Source: Rhodothermales bacterium (lineage in GTDB: Bacteria; Bacteroidota; Rhodothermia; Rhodothermales; JANQRZ01). Taken from it: a stretch of DNA of 64,000 nt. A program made the position numbers and the translations under genes. Shown one piece after another: positions 28,840 to 37,504 of the stretch. The stretch covers positions 2,350,959 to 2,414,958 of the forward strand of contig CBDCCX010000006.1 of the NCBI GenBank assembly GCA_965215165.1. The letters run 5' to 3'. Every line of letters begins with the position of its first letter. Position 1 is the stretch's first letter. The notes beneath the pieces were generated by a model. It had not been told where the DNA came from, searched no databases, and was given only the letters and a program-made list of their open reading frames with translations.

Positions 28840-29288
28840 GGCGCGGGCTCAACCCCAAGCTCGGCGGCGGCGGGCTCCACCACGTCGCCGTCGAGGCGGC
28901 CGACTTCGAGGCCAGCCTCCGGTTCTACGTCGAGGGGCTGGGCTTCGTCGAACGCCTTCGGTTCCCCGAGGAGACGCCGGAGGGCGTCCTGCGCGTCGCC
29001 ATGCTCGACGCCGGCGACGGCACCTACGTCGAGCTCTTCGAGCCGACCGAGCGCGGCCCGAGCACGGCCGGCGGCCCCGTGCCCGGCGGCCCGGCCCTTT
29101 TCCACTTCGCCTTGCGCGTGGCCGACTGCGACGCGGCAACCGAACGCGCTCGCGCCGCCGGGGCCGCCGTCGAGGAAGGCCCGGCGACGATGACGCTCGA
29201 AGGCGACCCGCCGGTCGAATGCCGGTACAGCTTCGTCCGCGGGCCGGGCGGCGAGTCCGTCGAGCTCATCGCCATCGACGCGCTCTAG
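28836..29288 (+). CDS. VOC (glyoxalase/bleomycin-resistance/dioxygenase) family protein
   Basis: 150 aa with an ATGA overlap. LHHVAVEAADFEASLRFYVEGLGF ... YVELFE ... HFALRV. Confidence 0.8.
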   Translation: MRRGLNPKLGGGGLHHVAVEAADFEASLRFYVEGLGFVERLRFPEETPEGVLRVAMLDAGDGTYVELFEPTERGPSTAGGPVPGGPALFHFALRVADCDAATERARAAGAAVEEGPATMTLEGDPPVECRYSFVRGPGGESVELIAIDAL

Positions 29289-29329
29289 CTCCGCCTCCAG
29301 GCTCTATCACGCCCGTCTGGGTCACGGTC

Positions 29330-29398
29330 GTCCGCCCCTTCGGCCGCGTGCCTCTCGACGACGAGCCCCCGACGATGCCTGACCTCCCGCCCGAGCCC
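29330..29398 (+). repeat. Relic copy of the junction between the Rieske gene 3' end and the DUF1989 gene 5' end
   Basis: About 70 bp closely similar to 28101..28172. Both the ...VRPxxRVxLDDEP end and the MPDLxPEP start are recognisable. Confidence 0.75.
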
Positions 29399-29520
29399 TA
29401 CCTCCTCTACCTCGCCTGCTTCCAGACTGGACGGTCGTCCTCTCGTCGTGGGCGTAACCCGTACATCGGGAACCGGTCGGGTGTCGTCCCCGTGCCTCCG
29501 TAGGACCGGCCGACGCCCTC

Positions 29521-29550
29521 ACGAAGGGGCCGGATACGAAGGGGCCGGAT
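29521..29550. repeat. Perfect 15-bp tandem duplication (ACGAAGGGGCCGGAT x2)
   Basis: Read directly from the sequence, 47 nt upstream of the small ORF at 29597. Confidence 0.9.
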
Positions 29551-29596
29551 CGCCCGCGCCTGACGTTCGCTTTCTCCACCGCCGCTCGCAAGGCCC

Positions 29597-29821
29597 ATGA
29601 AGACCACCCCGCCCCGCCAGGACCCGGCCGACATCCGAGAAACCATCGACCCCGAAAGCGTCGTGGAAGAGGCGTCGCTGGAGTCGTTCCCCGCGAGCGA
29701 CCCGCCCGGTTACACCGGCGGCAAGGCCACGCCCGGCAGGTCCGCATCGTACTCTGCCGCGGACGCCAAAGACGCGCGCACCCGTGCCGAGCGGCGAGCG
29801 TCCGAGGGCGACGCTCGGTAG
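29597..29821 (+). CDS. Small conserved hypothetical protein with an ESFPASDPP motif
   Basis: 74 aa with an ATG start. The SLESFPASDPPGYTGG motif recurs in small hypothetical proteins of many GC-rich bacteria (from memory). Confidence 0.45.
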   Translation: MKTTPPRQDPADIRETIDPESVVEEASLESFPASDPPGYTGGKATPGRSASYSAADAKDARTRAERRASEGDAR

Positions 29822-29879
29822 CCCCGCTCCGGCAGCCCCGACCGAAAGCCGTTCCACCTGACACCTCCGCGCGTACGCG

Positions 29880-30253
29880 GTGGCCTGGATCGCCGGCGGG
29901 GAGGGGGACGCCGCTCCAGCCGAGCGCCGCCCACCCCGACCACGGGATCGCCAGGCCGAGGAGCGCGAAGACGGGGACCGAGAAAAAGCGGTTCACCGCC
30001 TCCTGCCTGTGCTCCTCTCCCTCCGGCTCGTCCTCGCCGACGACCTGGACGAACGCCGCCCCGGCCGCGAAGACGACGAGGAGCTCCCGACGAGCCGCCC
30101 GCCGATGGCCCCAATGAGCGCCGCGAGCCAGAACTCCACCCCGAGCGTGGCCCAGACGACGAGCGTGCTCGCGGCCCACATCAGCGGCATCCCCAGCCCG
30201 AGGATGAGCACGAGCCCCCCGAGGGCTGCCAGTACGAGGTTGTACGGGTCCAT
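29880..30253 (-). pseudogene. Decayed cation:proton antiporter remnant
   Basis: The ATG at 30253 gives MDPYNLVLAALGGLVLILGLG..., an antiporter-like N-terminus. After about 55 codons the sense continues in another frame as ...AVNRFFSVPVFALLGLAIPWSGWAALGWSG, a C-terminal-type segment. Most of the gene is missing. Confidence 0.4.
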
Positions 30254-30509
30254 GGTCGGCGCTGGAGCGCACGAGGTCGGCGAGCTGAACCCCGGAGGCA
30301 AGATCCGTATCGCGGGGTGCCGACCCGCCCGCCCCCTTACTCGGAGCCGCGAGAGGTCGCGCGGCGCCCCCAGAAGTACAGCTTCCGGCTTTTCGGAGAG
30401 CCCACAAGCTACGCCAGCAGGCGGCTCTGCTAGAGCGCCGAGGCTCCGTTGCCGGAGTGTCAAGCCTCCGTACGATCCGGTGCTGAAGGCGGGGGCAGCG
30501 CCTTCGCAC

Positions 30510-30902
30510 TCATGCCAAGCCCGGACGGTGGGACCCGGCGCTGCGCACGTCGCTGGGGACCCGCTGCGTCACGAGCGCGGCACCGACTTCGAGCAGCCCG
30601 AAGAGGACGTGAGGGACCCAGACCTCGTCGGCAAACCCGAACAGCCACGGGGAGACGAGCAGGAGGAGGCCGCCGCCGAGGTCGAGCATGAGGTGGACCG
30701 GCATCGAGAGCTTCCGGACGAGGCCGAGCTCGTAGTCGGTGAAGAGGCTGTAGAGAAGGACGCCGGCACCGAGGACGACAAAGAGCCACGTGGCGATGCC
30801 GTCGGCCTCGCCGGCGAAGCCAAAGAGCCAGGGGGCGACGAGGAAGAGTGCGCCTGTGAGGTAGTCGAGGGCACCGTGGATGCGGGTAGGAAGAAAGCGC
30901 AT
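30510..30902 (-). CDS. Four-TM membrane protein with a duplicated (A/S)PWLFGF motif (SPW-repeat-like)
   Basis: 130 aa. LFLVAPWLFGFAGE and LLLVSPWLFGFADE form an internal duplication. Confidence 0.5.
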   Translation of the reverse strand: MRFLPTRIHGALDYLTGALFLVAPWLFGFAGEADGIATWLFVVLGAGVLLYSLFTDYELGLVRKLSMPVHLMLDLGGGLLLLVSPWLFGFADEVWVPHVLFGLLEVGAALVTQRVPSDVRSAGSHRPGLA

Positions 30903-31116
30903 GGCGGGAGCAGAGATAGGTGAGAGGACGGGGTTAACTAGCGGCGGAGCTGGCCGGTTCTACTGCGCGCCCGGAGCCCGGAGAATTAGGGATTCTCCCA
31001 GCCCAGCCTCCTGCTCTCCCCGGCATCCCCCTTCGGACGGCCCTGAGGCAACCCAACCCGGAGGTTCCGTCGTAAACTTCCCGCCCCTCTCCCGTCCGCT
31101 CCTCTCTCCCCTCTCC

Positions 31117-32100
31117 ATGACCCGAATCGGATTCGTCGGCGGCGGCGGCATCGCCCACCGCCACCTCCACGTCCTCAGCGACTTCAACGACGTCGTGCTC
31201 GCAGCCGTTGCCGACCCTGCCTGCGCCGAGGAGGCCGCCGCCGCCTTCGGCATGACGGCCTACCCTAGCCACGCGGCGATGCTCGACGCCGAAGACCTCG
31301 ACGCCGTCTACGTGTGCGTCCCGCCCTTCGCACACGGCGAGCCCGAGCAGGCGCTCATCGAACGTGGCCTCCCGTTCTTCGTCGAGAAGCCGCTCGCGCT
31401 CGACCTCGATACCGCCGAGGAGGTTGCCGAGGCGGTCGAAGAGGCGGGCTTGGTGACGGCTGTCGGCTACCACTGGCGCTACATGCGGCACGTCGAAGCG
31501 GCGAAGGCAACGCTCGACGGCCGGCCCGCCCGCCTCGCGCTCGGCACCTGGCTCGGCGACACGCCGCCGGCAATGTGGTGGCGCAAGCAAGATGGTTCGG
31601 GCGGGCAGATGCTCGAGCAGACGACCCACCTCTTCGACCTGGCCCGCCACCTGGTCGGCGAGGCGACGAGCGTCGCTGCCGTCGGCGGGCGCACGGACCG
31701 CGCCGCCTTCCCCCACCTCGACGTGCACGACGCGACGGCCGCGCTCGTGACCTTCGAGAGCGGGGCCGTCGGGACCTTCGCCTCGACGTGCCTGCTCGGC
31801 TGGACGCACCGCGTCGGGCTGCATCTCTTCGGCGACCGGCTGGCCGTCGAGGTCGGCGAGCACGAGGTGATGATCGACGTCGGCGAGGGCCGGCCGGTCA
31901 CGCCGGGCGAGGGCGACCCCGTGGTCTTCGAAGACCGCGACTTCGTCGACGCCGTGCAGGGCAAGGCCAATGCGATCCGCGTGCCCTACGCCGAGGCCCT
32001 CAAGACGCAGCGCCTCAGCGTCGCGGCTCAGCAGGCGCTCGAGACCGGCGAGACCGTCGAGATCGGGACCCACTCCGTCGGGGAGGGTGCCCATGCCTGA
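31117..32100 (+). CDS. Gfo/Idh/MocA-family NAD(P)-dependent oxidoreductase
   Basis: 327 aa. MTRIGFVGGGGIAHRH Rossmann start, and VEKPLA motif. Confidence 0.85.
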   Translation: MTRIGFVGGGGIAHRHLHVLSDFNDVVLAAVADPACAEEAAAAFGMTAYPSHAAMLDAEDLDAVYVCVPPFAHGEPEQALIERGLPFFVEKPLALDLDTAEEVAEAVEEAGLVTAVGYHWRYMRHVEAAKATLDGRPARLALGTWLGDTPPAMWWRKQDGSGGQMLEQTTHLFDLARHLVGEATSVAAVGGRTDRAAFPHLDVHDATAALVTFESGAVGTFASTCLLGWTHRVGLHLFGDRLAVEVGEHEVMIDVGEGRPVTPGEGDPVVFEDRDFVDAVQGKANAIRVPYAEALKTQRLSVAAQQALETGETVEIGTHSVGEGAHA

Positions 32101-33250
32101 ACAGCAGACCCCCGAGAGCGGGACCCGCCCCGTCCAGAGCCTCGGCGTCGAGCGGGAGGGCGCGGCCTACATCTGGGGCTACGACGAGGGGCCGCTCGAG
32201 GACGGCCGCTTCCGCGTCGAGACCCTCTACACCGGCCTCTCGGCAGGCACCGAGCTGACGTTCTTCAAGGGCACCAATCCGTACCTCCACAGCCGCTACG
32301 ACGGCGCGTGGGGCGTCTTCCGCGACGGCGAGCCGAGCGCTGCCTACCCTGTTCCGTTTCTGGGCTACATGGAGGTCGGCCGCGTCACCGAGAGCCGCAC
32401 CGACGCCGTGCGCCCCGGCCAGATCGTCGGGATGACCTACGGCCACAAGACCGGCCACACCGCCGACCCGGCGCACGAGCAGTTCGCCGTCCTCCCCGAC
32501 GGCCTCGACCCGGTGCTCGGCATCTACGCCGCGCAGATGGGGCCGATCTGCGCCAATGGCCTGCTCCACGCCGCCGCCGACCTCCACGGCGCGAGCGCCT
32601 CCGACCTCGGGGACGGCGTGCGCGGCCGGCTCGTGCTGGTCATGGGCGGTGGGACGATCGGCCTGCTGCTTGGGCGGTGGGCGAAGTGGCTCGGCGCGGC
32701 CGAGGTCGTGCTCGCCGACCCGACTCCGGCGCGGCGCGCCGCCGCCGAGGCGCTCGGCCTGCGCGCGCTCCCCGGCTTCGAGGAGGCCGCCGCGTGGTGC
32801 AAGCAGCACTGGCATTTCGGCGACGGCGACCGCGGGGCCGAGGTCGTCTTCCAGTGCCGAGGCCAGGACGCCGCGCTCGAGGCGGCGCTCAAGGCGCTCC
32901 GCCCCCAGGGCACCGTCATCGACCTGGCGTTCTACCAGGGCGGCAGCCCGAACGTCCGCCTCGGCGAGGCCTTTCACCACAACGGCCTCCGCCTCCAATG
33001 CGCCCAGATCGGCCGCGTCCCGCGCGAGCTGACGTCGAACTGGACCCGGCGACGGCTGATGCACGAAACCGTCCGGTTCCTCGTCGCCAATGGCGAGGCG
33101 ATCCGGGAGCACGTCGTCACCGACATCGTCCCGTTCGAGGACGCGCCCGAGCTGATGCGCGCCCTGGCCGAGCGCGAGCGGCACGTGGTCCAGGCCGTCT
33201 TCGCCGTGAGCGGAGCCCCTACGGGTAGCCCCAGCGGGGAGGTGTCGTGA
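32093..33250 (+). CDS. MDR-superfamily (zinc-type alcohol dehydrogenase-like) oxidoreductase
   Basis: 385 aa with an 8-nt overlap (ATGCCTGA) to the previous gene. GLSAGTELTFFKG, VLVMGGGTIGLLLG nucleotide-binding motif. Confidence 0.7.
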   Translation: MPEQQTPESGTRPVQSLGVEREGAAYIWGYDEGPLEDGRFRVETLYTGLSAGTELTFFKGTNPYLHSRYDGAWGVFRDGEPSAAYPVPFLGYMEVGRVTESRTDAVRPGQIVGMTYGHKTGHTADPAHEQFAVLPDGLDPVLGIYAAQMGPICANGLLHAAADLHGASASDLGDGVRGRLVLVMGGGTIGLLLGRWAKWLGAAEVVLADPTPARRAAAEALGLRALPGFEEAAAWCKQHWHFGDGDRGAEVVFQCRGQDAALEAALKALRPQGTVIDLAFYQGGSPNVRLGEAFHHNGLRLQCAQIGRVPRELTSNWTRRRLMHETVRFLVANGEAIREHVVTDIVPFEDAPELMRALAERERHVVQAVFAVSGAPTGSPSGEVS

Positions 33251-34386
33251 TGGAGACGCCCCACCCGCGCCGCGTGCTCTTCGTCTTCGGCTGGCTCGTC
33301 GTCGGCGGTGAGGAGACTGAGGTCCGCCACCTCACCCGTCATCTCCCTGCGCGCTGGCAGATCGACGTGGTTGCCTGCTTTCGCAAGGACGGGATGCCGG
33401 AGCAGACGCACGATCAGCTCGAAGCGCTCGGCGTCGACATCGACCGGACGCCCTACGGCCTCTCGCTCGAGGAGACGGTCGCGTACCTCGCCGACGAGAA
33501 GATTCCGGGCTACGACCTGATCGTCGCCTGCCAGGCGGTGCGCGACATCGTCCCGGCGCTCGACCGCCTCGCGGCACGTGGCGAGGTCCCGCCGCCGCTC
33601 ATCGAGCACGGCGGCTTGGTCGTCGAGGCGGGGCAGACGCCGAAGCACCGGACCGCGCGCTACGTCGGCGTCTGCGACACGATCCGGCAGGCGGCGGCCG
33701 AGGCGATGCCGGACCGGCCCGAGGCGGCCTGCGCCATTCCGTCGATGGTGGATCTGGACGAGTTCGACCCGGCCCCCCGAGCCAACGTCCGCGCCGAGCT
33801 AGGCGTCCTCGGCGAGGCACCGCTCGTCGGGTGGGTCGGCCGGCTCGACCGGAAGAAGCGGGTCGAGGACTTCGTCCGTGCCGCCGCGCTCTTAGCCGAG
33901 GACCGACCCGAAGCCCGGTTCGTCGTGGTCGGCGGGCCGGACGCGTTCATGCCCGAGTACGCCGACGAGCTGCGGGCGCTCGCCGACGGCCTCGGCCTGG
34001 CCGAGCGGCTGACCTGGACCGGCGACCGGCCGGACGTGCCGCGCCTGCTGGCCGGCCTCGACGTGTTCGTGTGGCTGGCGCAGGGCGAGGGGATGCCGCA
34101 CGTGATCGCCGAGGCGGGGGCCGCCGGGCTGCCGGTCGTCGCCACGCGCGACAACGGCACGCTGGAGCAGATCACCGACGGCGAGACCGGCCTGTTCGTC
34201 CCGCACCGAAACCCCGAAGCCGTCGCGGCTGCCGTCGCCCGACTCCTCGACGACACTGGGCTTCGCCAGAAGCTCGGGCGCGCGCTCCGGCGTAAGGTCG
34301 AGCGCGAGTACGCCGTCCCCGTCGTCGTCCGTCAGTGGGAGGCGCTCTTCGACGGGGTCCTCGCCGAGCGCGCCACCTTCGTCTAG
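33247..34386 (+). CDS. Glycosyltransferase family 4
   Basis: 379 aa. Its start overlaps the previous stop (GTGATG). GWVGRLDRKKR, EGMPHVIAEAGAAGLPVVATRDNGTLEQITDGETGLFVP. Confidence 0.85.
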   Translation: MMETPHPRRVLFVFGWLVVGGEETEVRHLTRHLPARWQIDVVACFRKDGMPEQTHDQLEALGVDIDRTPYGLSLEETVAYLADEKIPGYDLIVACQAVRDIVPALDRLAARGEVPPPLIEHGGLVVEAGQTPKHRTARYVGVCDTIRQAAAEAMPDRPEAACAIPSMVDLDEFDPAPRANVRAELGVLGEAPLVGWVGRLDRKKRVEDFVRAAALLAEDRPEARFVVVGGPDAFMPEYADELRALADGLGLAERLTWTGDRPDVPRLLAGLDVFVWLAQGEGMPHVIAEAGAAGLPVVATRDNGTLEQITDGETGLFVPHRNPEAVAAAVARLLDDTGLRQKLGRALRRKVEREYAVPVVVRQWEALFDGVLAERATFV

Positions 34387-35570
34387 ACGCCAATCTCTTG
34401 GTCCTCCCCCAGCCCACTCTCTCTGGTCTGCCGCCGCCGCACCCGGCGTTGGAGGCGTGCGTCGTCATCCCGGCGAAGGACGAGGAGGCGCTCCTGCCCC
34501 ACGCCCTCGCCGCGCTCGCAGGACAGTGTGACCTCGAGGGCCGCCCGCTCGGCCCGGACCGCTACGAGGTGATCGTGTTGGCGAACAACTGCACCGATGC
34601 CACGGCCGAGGTGGCGCGGCAGGTCGGCCAGGCGCACGACCTCCGGCTCTGGGTTGCCGAGTGCCTCTTCGCGCCCGGCGAGGCCAGCGTTGGCCGCGCG
34701 CGCCGGCTCCTGATGAACACGGCCTGCTACCGCCTGATCGCCACGGGTCGCCTCGGCGGCGCGATCCTCTCGACCGACGCCGACTCCGAGGTCGCGCCGG
34801 ACTGGGTCGCGGCCACGCTTGCGGAGCTCGGGGACGGCGTGGACGGGGTTGGGGGCCGGATCCTGCTGCGGGACCGGGCGGCGCTCGACGCTCGCATCCG
34901 GCGCTCGGTCCTGCTCGACGTCGGGTACCACCGGTGGGTGCAGGAGCTCCACACCCTGCTCGACCCCGACGCGCACGACCCGTTCCCCCGGCACCACCAG
35001 CACCTCGGGGCCTCGCTCGCGGTCACGGCGGCGGCCTACGCCCGGTGCGGCGGGATGCCGCTGGTGACGCACGCCGAGGACGTCGCGCTCTTCGACGCCG
35101 TCGAGGCGGTCGGGGGTCGGTTCCGTCACAGCCCGCGCGTCCAGGTCTACACCTCGGCGCGGCGCGGCGGGCGCGCCCCGCACGGGCTGAGCGCTGCCCT
35201 GGGGGCCTGGACGGCCGAAGTGCAGGAGCGCGGGACACACACGTTCCGAGTCGAGGCCGCAGCCGTCACCGAGCGGAGACTGGCGCTGCGGGGCCGCGTC
35301 CGCCGGCTCTGGCACGCGCAGCCCCACCCCGACCCCGACGAGGCCGCGTCACTCGCGCGCGAGCTAGGTCTCTCGGCGCGCGCCTTGCTCGGCACGCTCG
35401 CCGGTGCTCCGACGGCCACCGCCGCCGCCGCCCTCACCGAGGATCAGCGACGCCGGCACGACGCAGTGCTCCCACCCGAGCCTATCGAGCAAGCGACCCG
35501 AACGCTTCGGGAGCGCGTCGGGGTGCTCCGCGTGTACTCCGCCGTCCCGCCCCTCGCCCTCTGCCCGTAG
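34335..35570 (+). CDS. Glycosyltransferase family 2
   Basis: CVVIPAKDEE ... VIVLANNCTDAT ... LSTDADS (DxD-type motif). The start is uncertain: ATG at 34335 (52-nt overlap), or TTG at 34398 or 34449. Confidence 0.7.
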   Translation: MGGALRRGPRRARHLRLDANLLVLPQPTLSGLPPPHPALEACVVIPAKDEEALLPHALAALAGQCDLEGRPLGPDRYEVIVLANNCTDATAEVARQVGQAHDLRLWVAECLFAPGEASVGRARRLLMNTACYRLIATGRLGGAILSTDADSEVAPDWVAATLAELGDGVDGVGGRILLRDRAALDARIRRSVLLDVGYHRWVQELHTLLDPDAHDPFPRHHQHLGASLAVTAAAYARCGGMPLVTHAEDVALFDAVEAVGGRFRHSPRVQVYTSARRGGRAPHGLSAALGAWTAEVQERGTHTFRVEAAAVTERRLALRGRVRRLWHAQPHPDPDEAASLARELGLSARALLGTLAGAPTATAAAALTEDQRRRHDAVLPPEPIEQATRTLRERVGVLRVYSAVPPLALCP

Positions 35571-35573
35571 CGT

Positions 35574-36764
35574 ATGCCTCTTCCCTATCCCCTCTCCGCA
35601 GACCGGGCGACGCGCGGCGGCTCTGCACCCACCGACGCTGGCACGCCGTCGCCCGCTGCGAAGCTGCTGCGCGCAGCCGAGGCCCTCGCCCCCCGGCTCG
35701 CGGTGTCGGCTGCGTCCGACCGGCGCGATTTTCCAGAGCAGGACATCGAGGCGCTGCGGGCCGCCGGTCTCCTAGCCGCGTCCGTACCAACCGCCGCAGG
35801 GGGGGCCGGCTTAGGGCAGGAGCCGGGCACGCTCCACCCGCTCTACGCCGTCCTGCGCGCCGTCGGCCGGGGCAGCCTGCCGGTGGGCCGGATCTACGAA
35901 GGACACCTCGGGGCACTCGATCTCATCAACGCGTACGGGGATGCTCGGCAGCGCGCCGCGGCCTTTGCCGACGCCCGCGCCGGGCACCTCTTTGGGGTCT
36001 GGCACACCGATGGAACTCGCGGCCTCCGCCTGGTGCCGGAGCGGGGCCGGGTGCGGATCGAGGGCGACAAGGTGTTCTGCTCCGGGGCCGGCGGTGTGAC
36101 GCGCGCGCTCATCAACGGCCGGCCTCCGAGGGCAAAAGGCGACTGGCAGCTCGCGCTCGTCCCGCTCGACGAAACGGCGGTGACGGTCGAGCCGGGCTGG
36201 TGGCAGGCCGAGGGGATGCGGGCCTCCGTCAGCGGGCGCGCTGACTTTACAGGCGTCACGCTCGGTCCCGGAGCGCTCATCGGCGGGCCGGGCGACTGCG
36301 TGCGCGAGCCGCTCTTCACGGCCGGGGCCGTCCGGTTCTGCGCCGTCTGGCTCGGCGGGGCTGAGGCGCTCTTCGACGCCGCCGCCGCCACGCTCCGCCG
36401 CCTCGACCGGCTCGGCGATCCGCTCCAGCAGGCCCGGCTCGGCGAGGCCGCGACGGCGCTGGAGACGGGCGCGCTGTGGCTCCTCGGCGCGGCACGGCTC
36501 TTCGAGCGCGGGGCGGACGCGGCCTCCCAAATCGCCTACGCCCGGATGGCGCGGACGGCCACCGAGCGCGTCTGCCTCGACGTGCTCGAGCTCGTCGACC
36601 GGTGCCTCGGAGCGCGCGGCTTGCTCCCCCCCTCCCCGGTGGAGCGGATCGGGCGGGACCTCCGGCTCTTCCTCCGCCAGCCCGGCCCCGACGCGATGCT
36701 GACGGCCGCCGGCCACTTCGCCGCCGCGAGGCCAGGGCGGGCGCTCGGCTCCGAGGTCCGCTGA
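35574..36764 (+). CDS. Acyl-CoA dehydrogenase-fold protein
   Basis: 396 aa, starting 4 nt after the GT2 stop. The middle beta-domain and C-terminal helical domain pattern is present (KVFCSGAG..., IGRDLRLFLRQP). Confidence 0.65.
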   Translation: MPLPYPLSADRATRGGSAPTDAGTPSPAAKLLRAAEALAPRLAVSAASDRRDFPEQDIEALRAAGLLAASVPTAAGGAGLGQEPGTLHPLYAVLRAVGRGSLPVGRIYEGHLGALDLINAYGDARQRAAAFADARAGHLFGVWHTDGTRGLRLVPERGRVRIEGDKVFCSGAGGVTRALINGRPPRAKGDWQLALVPLDETAVTVEPGWWQAEGMRASVSGRADFTGVTLGPGALIGGPGDCVREPLFTAGAVRFCAVWLGGAEALFDAAAATLRRLDRLGDPLQQARLGEAATALETGALWLLGAARLFERGADAASQIAYARMARTATERVCLDVLELVDRCLGARGLLPPSPVERIGRDLRLFLRQPGPDAMLTAAGHFAAARPGRALGSEVR

Positions 36765-37504
36765 TGCCGGCCCGGCCCTCGGTCCTCGGCGCGCTAGCGA
36801 GCGCGCCCCTTCGCCCGCCCGAGACCGTCGCCGCGCTCGGCCGGACGCTCGTCGTAGCCCCGCACCCGGACGACGAATCGCTCGGCTGCGGCGGCCTGCT
36901 CGCGCTCCTGGCTCAGCGCGGGCAGCCCGCCTGCGTCGTCGTCGTCAGCGACGGGACCGGCTCGCACCCCGGCTCGGTTGCCTGGCCCCCGCCTCGCCTT
37001 CGGGCGCTCCGGGAGCAGGAAACGCAGCGCGCCCTCGAGGCCCTCGGGCTCACCGGCGCGGCGCGCTTCCTGCGTCTCCCTGATGGAGCCGTGCCGCACC
37101 CCGGCGAGGCGCGCTTCGAGCAGGCTGCCGCTGCCCTCGGGTCCACCTTCCGCACCTTCGGCCCCGACACCGTCCTCGTCCCGTGGCGGCGCGACTCGCA
37201 CCCGGACCACCGCGCGGCGTGGCACCTCACGCAGGCCGCCGCGCCGCCGTGCCGGACCCTGGAATACCCCGTCTGGATGTGGGAGCGGGAGCACGACGGC
37301 GCACCGCAGCCGGGCGAGGTCGCGCCGTGGCGGCTCGACATCCGCACGGCCCTCGGGGCCAAGCGCCGCGCCGTCGCCGCCCACCGCTCGCAGACCACCG
37401 GCCTCATCGCCGACAGCACCGCCCCGTTCTGCCTTCCGCCCGAGATGCTCGCGCGCGCCTTCCGCCCGTGGGAGCTGTACCTCGACCCCGCCGCCCGTGC
37501 CTGA
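36764..37504 (+). CDS. PIG-L/LmbE-family N-acetylglucosaminyl deacetylase
   Basis: 246 aa with a TGATG overlap. VVAPHPDDESLGCGG and HPDHRAA metal-site motifs. Confidence 0.85.
   Translation: MPARPSVLGALASAPLRPPETVAALGRTLVVAPHPDDESLGCGGLLALLAQRGQPACVVVVSDGTGSHPGSVAWPPPRLRALREQETQRALEALGLTGAARFLRLPDGAVPHPGEARFEQAAAALGSTFRTFGPDTVLVPWRRDSHPDHRAAWHLTQAAAPPCRTLEYPVWMWEREHDGAPQPGEVAPWRLDIRTALGAKRRAVAAHRSQTTGLIADSTAPFCLPPEMLARAFRPWELYLDPAARA

Noticed and set aside
29219-29503. A 94-aa ORF downstream of the VOC gene.
   Set aside because: It is built from the relic copy of the Rieske-end/DUF1989-start junction read in one frame. It has no start context and no domain.
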